A stretch of 64,000 nt of DNA from Pseudomonas phage vB_PaeM_RyC23_M4LORT, in the sequence record PP781973.1, one strand, 5' to 3'. A program made the position numbers and the translations under genes. Positions 9,922-18,869 of the stretch are shown here, piece after piece (position 1 is the first letter of the stretch; the number at the start of each line of letters is the position of its first letter). Below the pieces are notes generated by a model. It was not told the DNA's origin and made no database searches. It worked only from the letters and a program-made list of their open reading frames with translations.

Positions 9922-10152
9922 TCAGTAGCAGCGGATGATTTCGGCGCGGATATCTCGACGGTCGAGGTAGTGCTCACGAATCTTATCGCGGGCGCGCTCG
10001 GCCTCTTCTCGACTGCCGAACGACAGGTTGAACGAAGTGAAAGGCTTATCGTCCAGTTCAGCGCCGGTTTGATACAGGATGCCTACCAGAACGAAAGACG
10101 GCGCGGTCTTCGGCTGCTGGTCGGCTTGCATTTCGAGTTCGAGGAAGGACAT
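9922..10152 (-). CDS. Small hypothetical protein (76 aa)
   Basis: ORF in an operon of tightly packed early genes. Confidence 0.4.
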   Translation of the reverse strand: MSFLELEMQADQQPKTAPSFVLVGILYQTGAELDDKPFTSFNLSFGSREEAERARDKIREHYLDRRDIRAEIIRCY

Positions 10153-10184
10153 AGGAACCTCTTCAGGATGATCTGGTGCGTAAA

Positions 10185-10403
10185 TTAATAGCGCTCCTGC
10201 TGAGCAGCTACGGTTTCCGGCTCGTAGATGAGCATGTCAACGATTTCCGGGCACTGGCCTTTCACCCAGTCGATGGCCGCGACCAGTGTGGTGGAAGCGG
10301 AGAAAGAGAAAGTGCGGTAAGACTCATGGATGTACGGCGACCCCATCGAATCGCGCTCGGTCGTGCGAGAAATGACTGCTTTGATATTAACGATCCGGCC
10401 CAT
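10185..10403 (-). CDS. Small hypothetical protein (72 aa)
   Basis: ORF; 17-nt overlap with the upstream gene. Confidence 0.4.
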   Translation of the reverse strand: MGRIVNIKAVISRTTERDSMGSPYIHESYRTFSFSASTTLVAAIDWVKGQCPEIVDMLIYEPETVAAQQERY

Positions 10404-10641
10404 CTTCGGCCTCCACTTTAGCGATTATATCTGACAGGCTCAGCTTCTCGCCATTCAGGAAATAACTGGCGCGAAACTTCCTGTCACCCTCTGGCCCGAC
10501 GATCCGGGCCGTTATGGTGAGACTCCCGCCGCCAAGGGCATCGGTGTCCCTGAAGAAAGCCAGCAGCGCCCGCTTGAGCGCTGCCTCGCGAGGATCGACG
10601 GCCATTAACCTACCACGTTCCAGCCGTGCTGAGCGCACCAA
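10387..10641 (-). CDS. Small hypothetical protein (84 aa)
   Basis: ORF in the operon. Confidence 0.35.
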   Translation of the reverse strand: MVRSARLERGRLMAVDPREAALKRALLAFFRDTDALGGGSLTITARIVGPEGDRKFRASYFLNGEKLSLSDIIAKVEAEDGPDR

Positions 10642-10835
10642 ACCGCACCGGCCCCTGCAGGAAGGCTATTCAGAAGGAACACAGGAGTCAGGCGGCCATC
10701 CTCGGTCATATGGATGAAGTAGCGGGTGCCTTCACCGAGCCATTCGGCCTTGGCGATAGCGCGTTCGAGATTGGCCTTGGTGGCATAGGTCTTGGTGTGG
10801 TTCTTGTCGGTGGAGAAGGTTACTTCGCGGGCCAT
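10605..10835 (-). CDS. Small hypothetical protein (76 aa); first gene downstream of an early promoter
   Basis: ORF directly downstream of a promoter/leader cassette. Confidence 0.45.
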   Translation of the reverse strand: MAREVTFSTDKNHTKTYATKANLERAIAKAEWLGEGTRYFIHMTEDGRLTPVFLLNSLPAGAGAVWCAQHGWNVVG

Positions 10836-10860
10836 TTGTCGATTCCTTTTGGTTGAAGGG

Positions 10861-10915
10861 TTTCGCGTTTCGATGAGGGAATATTACGCCCACCTGATCC
10901 AGAAGTAAAGCACTT
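10861..10915 (-). promoter_or_regulatory. Early sigma70-like promoter/leader cassette (TTTACT -35, 17 nt, TAATAT -10, leader CCTCATCGAAACGCGAAAC)
   Basis: Member of the repeated promoter family listed in the findings. Confidence 0.55.
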
Positions 10916-10922
10916 TTGTAAA

Positions 10923-11924
10923 TTACTTCACGAACATCTTCTTGGCCTTCTGATAAGACGAAGAAGTCATCAGGCGCTCGATGACGTCCATGTCCGAAAC
11001 CAGATCATCCAGAAGGACATTGCGCCAGGTAGCGAACCGGCCGAGCGAGAAGATGCCAGCCTCATGGGTGAGATTCCAGATCATGGATTCGCGCTCGTCG
11101 CGACCGAGCGGAATGATTTTGCCTTTGGTCTGGATGGTCGGCTCGCCATCTTCGATGAGCTGTTTCCTTCTGATGCCGAAGGCCGCGCAGACTTCATCCA
11201 GATCCCAGGCCGGATTCCATTCGATCTTTTTGATCTCACCATCTGCATTCTCCACGACACCATTCGCGATGGATTCCACGATCAAGGTATCGCCGGTGAT
11301 GGACGCACGAAATGTTCCGAAATCGGGACTGGGGAAATACACGGTCTGGAAGACGTCACAAGGGATGGAAAGCTTGTATCGACTCACGATGATGGAAGTG
11401 CCTTTACCGAAGGACGGGTCGATTCCCAGGTCCAGTCCTGCCGCAGCCAGGTTGGCGCGGAATGGCGCGGTGCTGATGACATTCACATGGTCATCTTGCC
11501 GGCGAATATACTGGAAGAAAGAGGCATCGAAAGGACGGCTCCAGGTGATACGGTTCGCGAGCTTAGCCACCAGCTGCTCATAGTAGTCGGCCGGTGCGAT
11601 CCAACGCTTTTCAGTCGCCAGATTCCAGATGGACCGGTCCGACAGGCCTCCTGTTACTTTCCGGGAGTACAGGTTGCAGTAGTCGATGCGCGGCTGGGAA
11701 ATCAGCTCGTCATCCATGTAGATGGCCTTGTGTACAGTGACTTCGCGGAACGGGATGCCGGTGAGTTGGCCAATTACTGGCGAGCGGAATCGCAAGAGTG
11801 CGTTGTGACGCTCCTTGTTCTCCGGCGTTGCCGCGTCGATGATTTGAGCTTGAGGAAAGCGATGCGCGGCGATCAGTCCGGCTAGCCCGGCGCCTACGAT
11901 GATGACTTTCTGATCAGGAATCAT
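10923..11924 (-). CDS. FAD/NAD(P)-binding Rossmann-fold oxidoreductase (function unknown)
   Basis: N-terminal dinucleotide-binding motif VIIVGAGLAGLIAA (GxGxxG); AAGGAA Shine-Dalgarno site 8 nt before the MIPDQK start; 333 aa. Confidence 0.65.
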   Translation of the reverse strand: MIPDQKVIIVGAGLAGLIAAHRFPQAQIIDAATPENKERHNALLRFRSPVIGQLTGIPFREVTVHKAIYMDDELISQPRIDYCNLYSRKVTGGLSDRSIWNLATEKRWIAPADYYEQLVAKLANRITWSRPFDASFFQYIRRQDDHVNVISTAPFRANLAAAGLDLGIDPSFGKGTSIIVSRYKLSIPCDVFQTVYFPSPDFGTFRASITGDTLIVESIANGVVENADGEIKKIEWNPAWDLDEVCAAFGIRRKQLIEDGEPTIQTKGKIIPLGRDERESMIWNLTHEAGIFSLGRFATWRNVLLDDLVSDMDVIERLMTSSSYQKAKKMFVK

Positions 11925-11960
11925 GATATGTTCCTTATGAGTGTACAAAACTTGAGAGGA

Positions 11961-11995
11961 TAAAAAAGGGACCCATTTTCATGAGTCCCTTGAAG
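11961..11995 (-). terminator. Rho-independent terminator (AAGGGAC..GTCCCTT stem followed by a T-tract on the minus strand)
   Basis: Hairpin followed by TTTTTTATCC on the transcribed strand. Confidence 0.5.
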
Positions 11996-12028
11996 AGCTA
12001 GACGATTCGGTCTCAGAAGAGCGGCGGC

Positions 12029-12919
12029 TTACTCTTCTTCACCATCGGAACCGTCGGCGCCCTGACCTTCACCGTCGTGCTCCTGGCCTTCATCGGCCTT
12101 CTCGTCATCGCCCTGGCCAGCTTCGTCTTCCTTCGAAGCGATGGCAACCAGATCGACCCAGCCCATGATTTCCAGCTTGCTCAGATAGCTGCGGACAGAG
12201 GTGCCATAGAGCAGATGGGCCACCTTCTCGCCGAAGGCTTCGATTTCGACCGGCTCACCAACGGTGCAGTGCTCGTTGATGTAAGCAAACACCTTGCCGC
12301 GAGTCGAGAAGGCCTGCGGGGTTCCATGGCCGTCGCCGGTCGGGATGAAGTGAGTGGCGCGGGGGCGACGCGAGCCGTTGGACTTCAGGTCTTCGCGGCG
12401 GGCTTCGGCCTTCGCGCGGCGCTCTTCCTGCTCTTCCTTGCGGCGCTGCTTCTCGGCTTCGCGCTCTGCCTTCTTCTGCTCGGCCAGGCGCTTGCGCTCT
12501 TCTTCGCGTGCGGCTTTCTGGGCTTCCTGCGCGGCCTTCTTCTCTTCGGCCTTCTTGGCGCGCTCGGCTTCCTTCTCGGCCTTCTTCTGCTCGCGCTCGG
12601 CTTCCTTCGCCTTCGCCTTCTCGGCCAGCTCGGCTTCCTTCGCCTTCGCCTTTTCAGCACGCTCGGCTTCCTTGGCGGCGGCCTTTTCCTTCGCCTTCTC
12701 GGCGCGCTCGGCTTCCTTCTTCTCGCGCTCGGCCTGGCGCTTCGCTTCTCGCTCGGCTTTCTTCTGCTCGGCTTCCTTGGCCTTGGCTTCGGCCTTCTCG
12801 GCGCGCTCGCGCTCTTTACGTTGACGCTCGGCGGCCTTCTCGGCTTTGCGCAGGGCTGCTGCTTGTTCCTTGGTCAGCTCTTCGCCTTGGGCCTGTTCGT
12901 TCTGGTCTTTCTGTTCCAT
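12029..12919 (-). CDS. Lys/Ala/Glu-repeat charged single-alpha-helix (ER/K-type) protein with a globular C-terminal domain and an acidic tail
   Basis: About 180 aa of AEKAKAKEAE / EREKKEAERAEKAKEK repeats; C-terminal domain ~80 aa; then D/E/G-rich tail; imperfect DNA repeats at 12380-12880. Confidence 0.55.
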   Translation of the reverse strand: MEQKDQNEQAQGEELTKEQAAALRKAEKAAERQRKERERAEKAEAKAKEAEQKKAEREAKRQAEREKKEAERAEKAKEKAAAKEAERAEKAKAKEAELAEKAKAKEAEREQKKAEKEAERAKKAEEKKAAQEAQKAAREEERKRLAEQKKAEREAEKQRRKEEQEERRAKAEARREDLKSNGSRRPRATHFIPTGDGHGTPQAFSTRGKVFAYINEHCTVGEPVEIEAFGEKVAHLLYGTSVRSYLSKLEIMGWVDLVAIASKEDEAGQGDDEKADEGQEHDGEGQGADGSDGEEE

Positions 12920-13079
12920 GTTCTTACTCCGGGAATGTTTAAAAGGATGGCTTATTGGCCTGTGAGGGGATTATCTCTAAACTAATTGAAGAAGGGAATA
13001 CCCTTAGCCTGAACTTTCCTAAATATTTTCTTTCGGGAAAGTCCAGACTCTAGGGAACTTATTTATGTTCGAGAAGTTC

Positions 13080-14267
13080 CTAGCTTTTACGCAAAAACAG
13101 CAAGTATTCAATTGCGCGAGTTATCCCAGTATACATCAACTGACTGTAAGGAATGGACGGCAAGTTTTCTTCCAGCATTGCCACACGCTTCCATTCCGAT
13201 CCCTGCGACTTATGGAACGTCATCGCCCAACCGAAGTCGAATCCGCCAATGGCCTTCTGCGCCTCCAGCCGCACATCTTCCTCGGCCGAAAAGCTCAAAG
13301 GATTGAACTTCACCCATCGCTCATAGTTCGTTCCGATAATGCGAACTTTGGCGAACAACATTTCATCCGGCTCGTCATCATCTTCTTGGCCTTCGGGGAC
13401 CGGCTTGAAGTCCAGCAGAATTGCTTGCTCGCCGTTCATGATGCCATATTCGTGCTGGTTCCCGGTGCACACCAGCTTCTCACCGATTCCTGGCTGCACG
13501 CCTTTGTAGCCGAGGATTCGGCGAGCGCGTGCGTTCAAGCGACGGCGAGTATTGTTGTAAGCGCAAAGAATCACACCATCGTTGTCCAGGAACGTCCGCA
13601 TTTCATCATCCGACATATCGAAGCCGGCCCGGACCACTATGTCATCATACTCGCGGCAGGGCAGGCGCTTTCCCTGGCGGACGAACATCGACGCCCGAAC
13701 GATATTGCCGGCGTTGCGCTCGATTTCGGTCATGATGGTGTCACAGCTGTTCTCATGGAAAATCTGGACGCCGCGCACAGGAGGAACTTGGCCAAAGTCA
13801 CCAATCTCCAGAACCGGAATCCGGTGCGACAGCAAGCGCTCTTCATCCCACTCGCCGATCATGGACGACTCGTCGAGCACGACCAACTTCGGCTTCTCGT
13901 CGAGCGAGTCTTTGTTGGCAAACATTATTTCGCCGTCTTCATCTTCACCAATCGGCCGATAGATGAAGCTGTGGAGGGTCCGGGCATTGGTGCAACCCTT
14001 CTCGCGAAGCCGCGCTGCTGCTTTCCCGGTTGGCGCGACGAAGACTGTCCAGTCCATCGAGCAGCAAAGTTCGGCGATTATCTTCGCGATGGAAGTCTTA
14101 CCAGTTCCGGCGAAACCAGCGAGTCGATAGACCTGGCGGCGGTGCGCTCGATCACACCAACCGCGATACCAGTCCACAACGGAATTGATCGCGTCGATCT
14201 GCTGACTGTTTGGTCGAAAGCCGAATCGCTCTTCGATCTGATCGACGGTGAAGTTAGATGCTGACAT
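13080..14267 (-). CDS. Dda/RecD-like SF1 DNA helicase
   Basis: Walker A GFAGTGKTS, Walker B VVLDESSM, TFHKSQGSEW motif; GGAGAA Shine-Dalgarno site before the MSASNF start. Confidence 0.8.
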   Translation of the reverse strand: MSASNFTVDQIEERFGFRPNSQQIDAINSVVDWYRGWCDRAHRRQVYRLAGFAGTGKTSIAKIIAELCCSMDWTVFVAPTGKAAARLREKGCTNARTLHSFIYRPIGEDEDGEIMFANKDSLDEKPKLVVLDESSMIGEWDEERLLSHRIPVLEIGDFGQVPPVRGVQIFHENSCDTIMTEIERNAGNIVRASMFVRQGKRLPCREYDDIVVRAGFDMSDDEMRTFLDNDGVILCAYNNTRRRLNARARRILGYKGVQPGIGEKLVCTGNQHEYGIMNGEQAILLDFKPVPEGQEDDDEPDEMLFAKVRIIGTNYERWVKFNPLSFSAEEDVRLEAQKAIGGFDFGWAMTFHKSQGSEWKRVAMLEENLPSIPYSQLMYTGITRAIEYLLFLRKS

Positions 14268-14676
14268 ATTTGCGTTCTCCAACGCTAGGTTTAATGGAAT
14301 CGAGACTCAGTTTAAGCACGCCGTCCACAGACCATCCAGTATCACGACGATACTTGCGGCCTTGCGGATCGACATAGAAGTTCTTCGTGCGCCGCAGCAG
14401 AACATAATGCCAAGCAGCTCCAAGCGCGTGGACCCTTCCTTTATACGGGAAAGCCTTCGCCTGCTCTGCGGCCTCTTTGGCCCCAGGGAGCCAGCGGACG
14501 GTCGAAAGGACCAGGACCGCCCCCTTAATAGCCTGGGAAGCGGCGCGGCCGTCCTGTGGGCTATAGCGATGTCTATCGAAGTCTACCCAGTGGTGGTTGC
14601 CGCGCCGGAGCTTGACCGTTCGGGATCGCCCCTCGAACACCACCGTGCCTTCATGAGTAAAAATATGTTCCGCCAT
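14254..14676 (-). CDS. Hypothetical protein (140 aa); first gene of the leftward operon
   Basis: ORF downstream of a divergent promoter region. Confidence 0.45.
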   Translation of the reverse strand: MAEHIFTHEGTVVFEGRSRTVKLRRGNHHWVDFDRHRYSPQDGRAASQAIKGAVLVLSTVRWLPGAKEAAEQAKAFPYKGRVHALGAAWHYVLLRRTKNFYVDPQGRKYRRDTGWSVDGVLKLSLDSIKPSVGERKYVSI

Positions 14677-14770
14677 CTAATGTTCCTTTATAACGTACAG
14701 TTATGCTTTACCTCTGCGCAGGAAGAGTATACTATCAGCTGACTCGCCAAAGCGAGCGAATTTAATCCAA

Positions 14771-14800
14771 CTTTACTTCGGCAGGAAAGTGGCCGATACT
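14771..14800 (+). promoter_or_regulatory. Rightward sigma70-like promoter (CTTTACT -35, 17 nt, GATACT -10)
   Basis: Same -35 motif as the early-promoter family; followed by an AGAGGA Shine-Dalgarno site and the ATG at 14845. Confidence 0.45.
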
Positions 14801-14844
14801 AGCGCCGCCGCCTGTACTGCCCTCCAAAACAGAGGATACATTAA

Positions 14845-15630
14845 ATGCAAGAATGCAAGATTTCCCGCGACCAACTCCCGGTCGGTAATCCGAATCCCAA
14901 TGTCGACAAGACCCGCGACCCGAACCTGAAGCCCGGTTTCCTGCGTCGCAGCCGCGAGCTGGACCCGGCGCTGGCCGTTCGCATTCGTCGCGAGCTGATC
15001 CACGCCGAAGCGTCCGATCTGGCCAAGGCCGGATGGGTCAATTCACAGTCCAGCCTTTATGGATCGAAAGCCTTCCCGCGCCATTCCGTCGTTCGCGTGA
15101 CCGGAGTTCCGGAAGATGGAGCTTTCATCGGCATGCTGATCGGCTTCATCGAGCATCGCGAGCATGGCGAATGGGCGGTCATGGAAGCCGGAACGAAAGA
15201 AGGCGGCGCCGTCATTATTCCAGTCGATCACATCATGCGAGCGTCATTCGCCGAAGCCGAAGAGTTCGCCGAAAAGTGGGAGCGGAACTTGGGGTGGCGT
15301 CTCCTGCGCCAACTCCGCGAGTGCGGCGCCCTGGCCGGGACTGAAGACGAGTTCCTGCGGCGGATCATCAATCGATACGTTCGTGATCGCACGATCCTCG
15401 ATCACCACAAAGTCGGCGCGGACAAAACCTATACTGATGCAGTACTCAAAAGCATCGGCGAAACATGGCCGAAGATTCCTTCGGGGAAATTCGTCGGACA
15501 CCGAGTCGCGCAGCTCCTGATCGGCCACAAGCTAGGTCGAGCGGGGACCATCCTGAATGACCTGGTGGACTTCCTGGAGAAGTTCGCGGCCGGGCGCGAT
15601 AAAATTCTCAACATCGCCATCTGTAATTGA
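14845..15630 (+). CDS. Hypothetical protein (261 aa)
   Basis: ORF with a Shine-Dalgarno site; first gene of the rightward operon. Confidence 0.5.
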   Translation: MQECKISRDQLPVGNPNPNVDKTRDPNLKPGFLRRSRELDPALAVRIRRELIHAEASDLAKAGWVNSQSSLYGSKAFPRHSVVRVTGVPEDGAFIGMLIGFIEHREHGEWAVMEAGTKEGGAVIIPVDHIMRASFAEAEEFAEKWERNLGWRLLRQLRECGALAGTEDEFLRRIINRYVRDRTILDHHKVGADKTYTDAVLKSIGETWPKIPSGKFVGHRVAQLLIGHKLGRAGTILNDLVDFLEKFAAGRDKILNIAICN

Positions 15631-15640
15631 GGTGAATGAA

Positions 15641-15892
15641 ATGGTTGACTTGGAAAAGCTGAGTCCAAAGCTGAGTCCTCGGCAGCATGCCGTTCTACTG
15701 GAGATGTACAGGCATCCTGAGCATCCAGTTCACAGATCGCCAACGAATTTAACTCTTAAGGCTTTGAGACGAAGGGGGCTTGTCGAGCTATCCTGGAAGG
15801 ATTCCGTGGCTGGATATATGTTCGGTCGCCAACCTTGCTGGAAAATAACTGATGCCGGCATAAGGCGAATCCTGGGAGTGCTGGGGGAATAA
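15641..15892 (+). CDS. Small winged-helix-like DNA-binding protein (putative)
   Basis: MVDLEKLSPK start with a GGTGA Shine-Dalgarno site; segment HAVLLEMY...LKALRRRGLVE resembles a MarR-type recognition helix and wing. Confidence 0.4.
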   Translation: MVDLEKLSPKLSPRQHAVLLEMYRHPEHPVHRSPTNLTLKALRRRGLVELSWKDSVAGYMFGRQPCWKITDAGIRRILGVLGE

Positions 15893-15893
15893 T

Positions 15894-16985
15894 ATGGAAA
15901 AAGAACAAAGCGAAGATCGCCCAAGCATCCCTGAGTTTGAGAAGACCGACGCCAACAAACTCTATGATGCTCTGGAGACGATTTCACTGCTGGAGAAGAA
16001 GTTGGACGAATCCGAAAAGCGCGGGAGCGAGCTGGCCGCGAGCTATTGTGACGGCGTAGTCGGCGATGAATACGGCCATCCTTATTGTCGTTATAAAGTG
16101 GAACGCGACGCCGCCTTGGCCGAAGTCGAGCGCCTGCGAGAATCAAAAGGCGATCCCTCTGGCAGCTTCGACAGATGTATGAAGATGATGTACGAGCGCG
16201 ACGAGAATGCAAAACAACTCGACGCCGCCTTGGCCAGGGTCGCGGAGCTGGAAGGGAAGTTGACGGACTGGGTGCACGAAGGGTTCCGGCTCAACGAGGC
16301 GCTAGCGGTCGCCAAGGCTCAACCCAGCGTGCCGGAAATATCTGGCATCGGTCGCGATGCCGAACATCCCAGAGCTGTAGTGCTGTATCTGCGTAACGAA
16401 CCCAGCGATGAAGATATGCGAGCAATTCAGAACTTTTTGCGCGCCATGGCCGCCCTCGCTCAGCACAGCGTGCCGAAAGCATGGCTCGACGTTCAGGCAG
16501 AGCGCCGCCGGCAGGTCGAGGCCCAGGCGCTAAGGCAGGAAGTCGCAGCACTGCGCGCAAGGGCGGATGTTGTGCCGGAGGTGTTCGGGCTTGAGCGGTA
16601 CCGCGTAGAAAAAACTGGGAAGGGTTTCTGGCCATACTGCGTGCGTGCGGGGGATGGAACGCGTGAACTGTTCGTCGGCCACTTGAAGCAGTGTCAGCGG
16701 GTAGCGACCGAATTGGCTACGGCGTTTGAAGATGGGAAGTTTATCGCCGCGCCCGGCAGCTCGGCTCAGCACAGCATGCCGGAGGGGTGGAAGCTCGTAC
16801 CGATGGACCCGACATCGCAGATGACCTATGTCGGTCAGTCCCTGCGTTATGACGCGGTAAACAGCATCGGCGAGATTTACCGGCAAATGCTCGCCGTAGC
16901 TCCCTCACCCATCGATCCGGCCGCGCATCCTCAGCCGTGCCAGCAACCACAGGCCCATCCTGCCCGCTGCGGGTGCGAGCGGTAA
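15894..16985 (+). CDS. Hypothetical coiled-coil protein (363 aa)
   Basis: ORF; start 2 nt after the upstream gene's stop. Confidence 0.5.
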   Translation: MEKEQSEDRPSIPEFEKTDANKLYDALETISLLEKKLDESEKRGSELAASYCDGVVGDEYGHPYCRYKVERDAALAEVERLRESKGDPSGSFDRCMKMMYERDENAKQLDAALARVAELEGKLTDWVHEGFRLNEALAVAKAQPSVPEISGIGRDAEHPRAVVLYLRNEPSDEDMRAIQNFLRAMAALAQHSVPKAWLDVQAERRRQVEAQALRQEVAALRARADVVPEVFGLERYRVEKTGKGFWPYCVRAGDGTRELFVGHLKQCQRVATELATAFEDGKFIAAPGSSAQHSMPEGWKLVPMDPTSQMTYVGQSLRYDAVNSIGEIYRQMLAVAPSPIDPAAHPQPCQQPQAHPARCGCER

Positions 16986-17008
16986 GTGCCAAGTAAGGAA
17001 TTCATGTA

Positions 17009-17458
17009 ATGGAACCGAAGAAACCTTCACCAGTAGATGGAGTCATCATGACCAGCCTCGACGTTCTCAGGAAGGCAAAGCCTGAAGCCCAGGACGAGTA
17101 TGCCCTGTCCATGTTCGCAACGGCGATCCGCCAGAAACTGCAGCGCTCCCGCGATAAAGGTCGAGGCGGCTGGATCGACTGCGACGAAGATGTTCTGATC
17201 AACGGATTCGCCGAACATGCGCTGAAGGGAAATGAGAACAACCTCTTGGACCTGGCGACGTTCCTGATGTTCATGTGGGTGCGCGGCATCGACGATGCGA
17301 AGATTCCCCCGGCGCTCGAAAAGGCGCGGCAGCACAAGATCATGGAAGCATGGAGTCGGGTCCACGAAGATGGACTAAACTCCGCCAGAAAGGCGAGTGC
17401 TGCGCGACAGTTCGTGGAAGTGCCTCGACGCAAGGGGCGCCCGGAGCGACTTGCATGA
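17009..17458 (+). CDS. Hypothetical protein (149 aa)
   Basis: ORF; ATGA overlap with the following primase gene. Confidence 0.45.
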   Translation: MEPKKPSPVDGVIMTSLDVLRKAKPEAQDEYALSMFATAIRQKLQRSRDKGRGGWIDCDEDVLINGFAEHALKGNENNLLDLATFLMFMWVRGIDDAKIPPALEKARQHKIMEAWSRVHEDGLNSARKASAARQFVEVPRRKGRPERLA

Positions 17459-18531
17459 AGCCTCACGAAATAAGACTGGCACAGGCCGAAGAGTTCCTGC
17501 GCGAACTCGGCAGAGGGATTCCGGACGACGAACGGGTAATGGTCGGCTACGCTGAAGAGGCCACAGTCCAAACCGACGAGAACGGCCGCAAGCTCAACGC
17601 CGGCTGGTGGCCTGTGCCCTGGAAGGAAGGTAAGTACATCAATTCCAGGTCCAACGCCTATGCCTGTATCTCGTCGTCCATCAAGACGCCTAACCCGAAG
17701 ACCGGCCAGATGCGATACTGGCGCGGCGAAGCCTCTTTCGGCCACGGCCTGGCGTTGATGGTCGATGACATCGGCTCCGGCAAAGGGTCCAAAGGCGACT
17801 TCGACCGCGACGAGTTCCGCGAGCGACTAGAGCCGACCGCGATTGTGGAGACTTCGCCGAACAACTACCAGTTCTGGTATTTCTTCAAAGAGCCGATGTC
17901 CCACATGCTCCAGTTCAAGGCGCTGCTCTATTCGTTCGTGGACCAGGTGCTAAAGAAAGGCGGCGACAACACAGTCAAGGATGTCAGCCGTTATGGTCGC
18001 ATGCCATTCGGCTTCAACAACAAGCGCGGGAAAGACGGCAACTTCAAGTATGCCGACGAAAACGGCAAACCCGAACTGGTGCGCCTGTACAGCGCCGACT
18101 ATTCCAAGCGATACTCACCGGAAGAGATCGCCCAGGCCTTCGGAGTCCGCATCATTATGCCACAGATGAAGAAGGTGGAGATAAATCGCGACGATTGGGT
18201 TTATGACCAAGTATGGCTGAAGTATGCCGAGCACATCTGCACGAAGTACAAGATGGGCGAAGCGGCAGGCGGCCAGGTCCAGCAGAATATGTCCGGCAAA
18301 TACCGCATCCGCTGTCCATGGGGCGACGAGCACACCAACGGCGATCCTTTCGGAGCGTACTTTCGCGGACCGATACCTGGCGCCGAGCACGAATATGTGT
18401 TCGGTTGCGGGCACGATACTTGCCGCAAAGAGCATCGCCGGACTTGGGCGGCCTTCACGGATGAAGTCGTGCTACCCTATATCGTCGAACAATTGGAAAG
18501 AATCAACCGCCGTCATATCGGTGAGGAGTAG
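17455..18531 (+). CDS. PrimPol-type DNA primase (P4 alpha / pRN1 ORF904 N-terminal-like) with a C-terminal Cys/His zinc-binding motif
   Basis: Motifs LMVDDIGSG, TSPNNYQFWYFF, YGRMPFGFNNKRG; C-terminal RCPWGDEH...CGHDTC. Confidence 0.6.
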   Translation: MKPHEIRLAQAEEFLRELGRGIPDDERVMVGYAEEATVQTDENGRKLNAGWWPVPWKEGKYINSRSNAYACISSSIKTPNPKTGQMRYWRGEASFGHGLALMVDDIGSGKGSKGDFDRDEFRERLEPTAIVETSPNNYQFWYFFKEPMSHMLQFKALLYSFVDQVLKKGGDNTVKDVSRYGRMPFGFNNKRGKDGNFKYADENGKPELVRLYSADYSKRYSPEEIAQAFGVRIIMPQMKKVEINRDDWVYDQVWLKYAEHICTKYKMGEAAGGQVQQNMSGKYRIRCPWGDEHTNGDPFGAYFRGPIPGAEHEYVFGCGHDTCRKEHRRTWAAFTDEVVLPYIVEQLERINRRHIGEE

Positions 18532-18536
18532 ACAAT

Positions 18537-18722
18537 ATGCAAAACGATCCTGGAATCCTGATTACCGCCATCGGCTTGCTGTTCCTCGGCCTTATCATCT
18601 TCTTCGAAGGCCTAAAGGGGTGGAAAATACAAGTCGCAAACTTCCTCGCGTCGCTTCTGTGCTTCTTCTTCGGCCTTTCTGCTTTGACGTTCTGGTTCGT
18701 CGTTGCGTTTGATGTATTTTAA
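18537..18722 (+). CDS. Small two-transmembrane-helix membrane protein (61 aa)
   Basis: Two hydrophobic helices; sits between the primase and helicase genes. Confidence 0.4.
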   Translation: MQNDPGILITAIGLLFLGLIIFFEGLKGWKIQVANFLASLLCFFFGLSALTFWFVVAFDVF

Positions 18723-18869
18723 TCGACGAACGGTACAGAAATTTTCGGATGGGGACGGAACTTATTAGCTATGCCGGTTTAGGTAGGAGATAATAGCCGT
18801 CCCTTTCGCCTCAATGTGTAGAGGCAATGTTGAATCCGATCATGTAAAGCAGAAGGCGGCAAACCTAAC

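Noticed and set aside
12077-12985. 302-aa plus-strand ORF with Leu/Gly/Phe repeats, antisense to the Lys/Ala/Glu-repeat protein
   Set aside because: A repeat-derived mirror ORF; the minus-strand frame has a terminator, an upstream operon context and sensible C-terminal domain.
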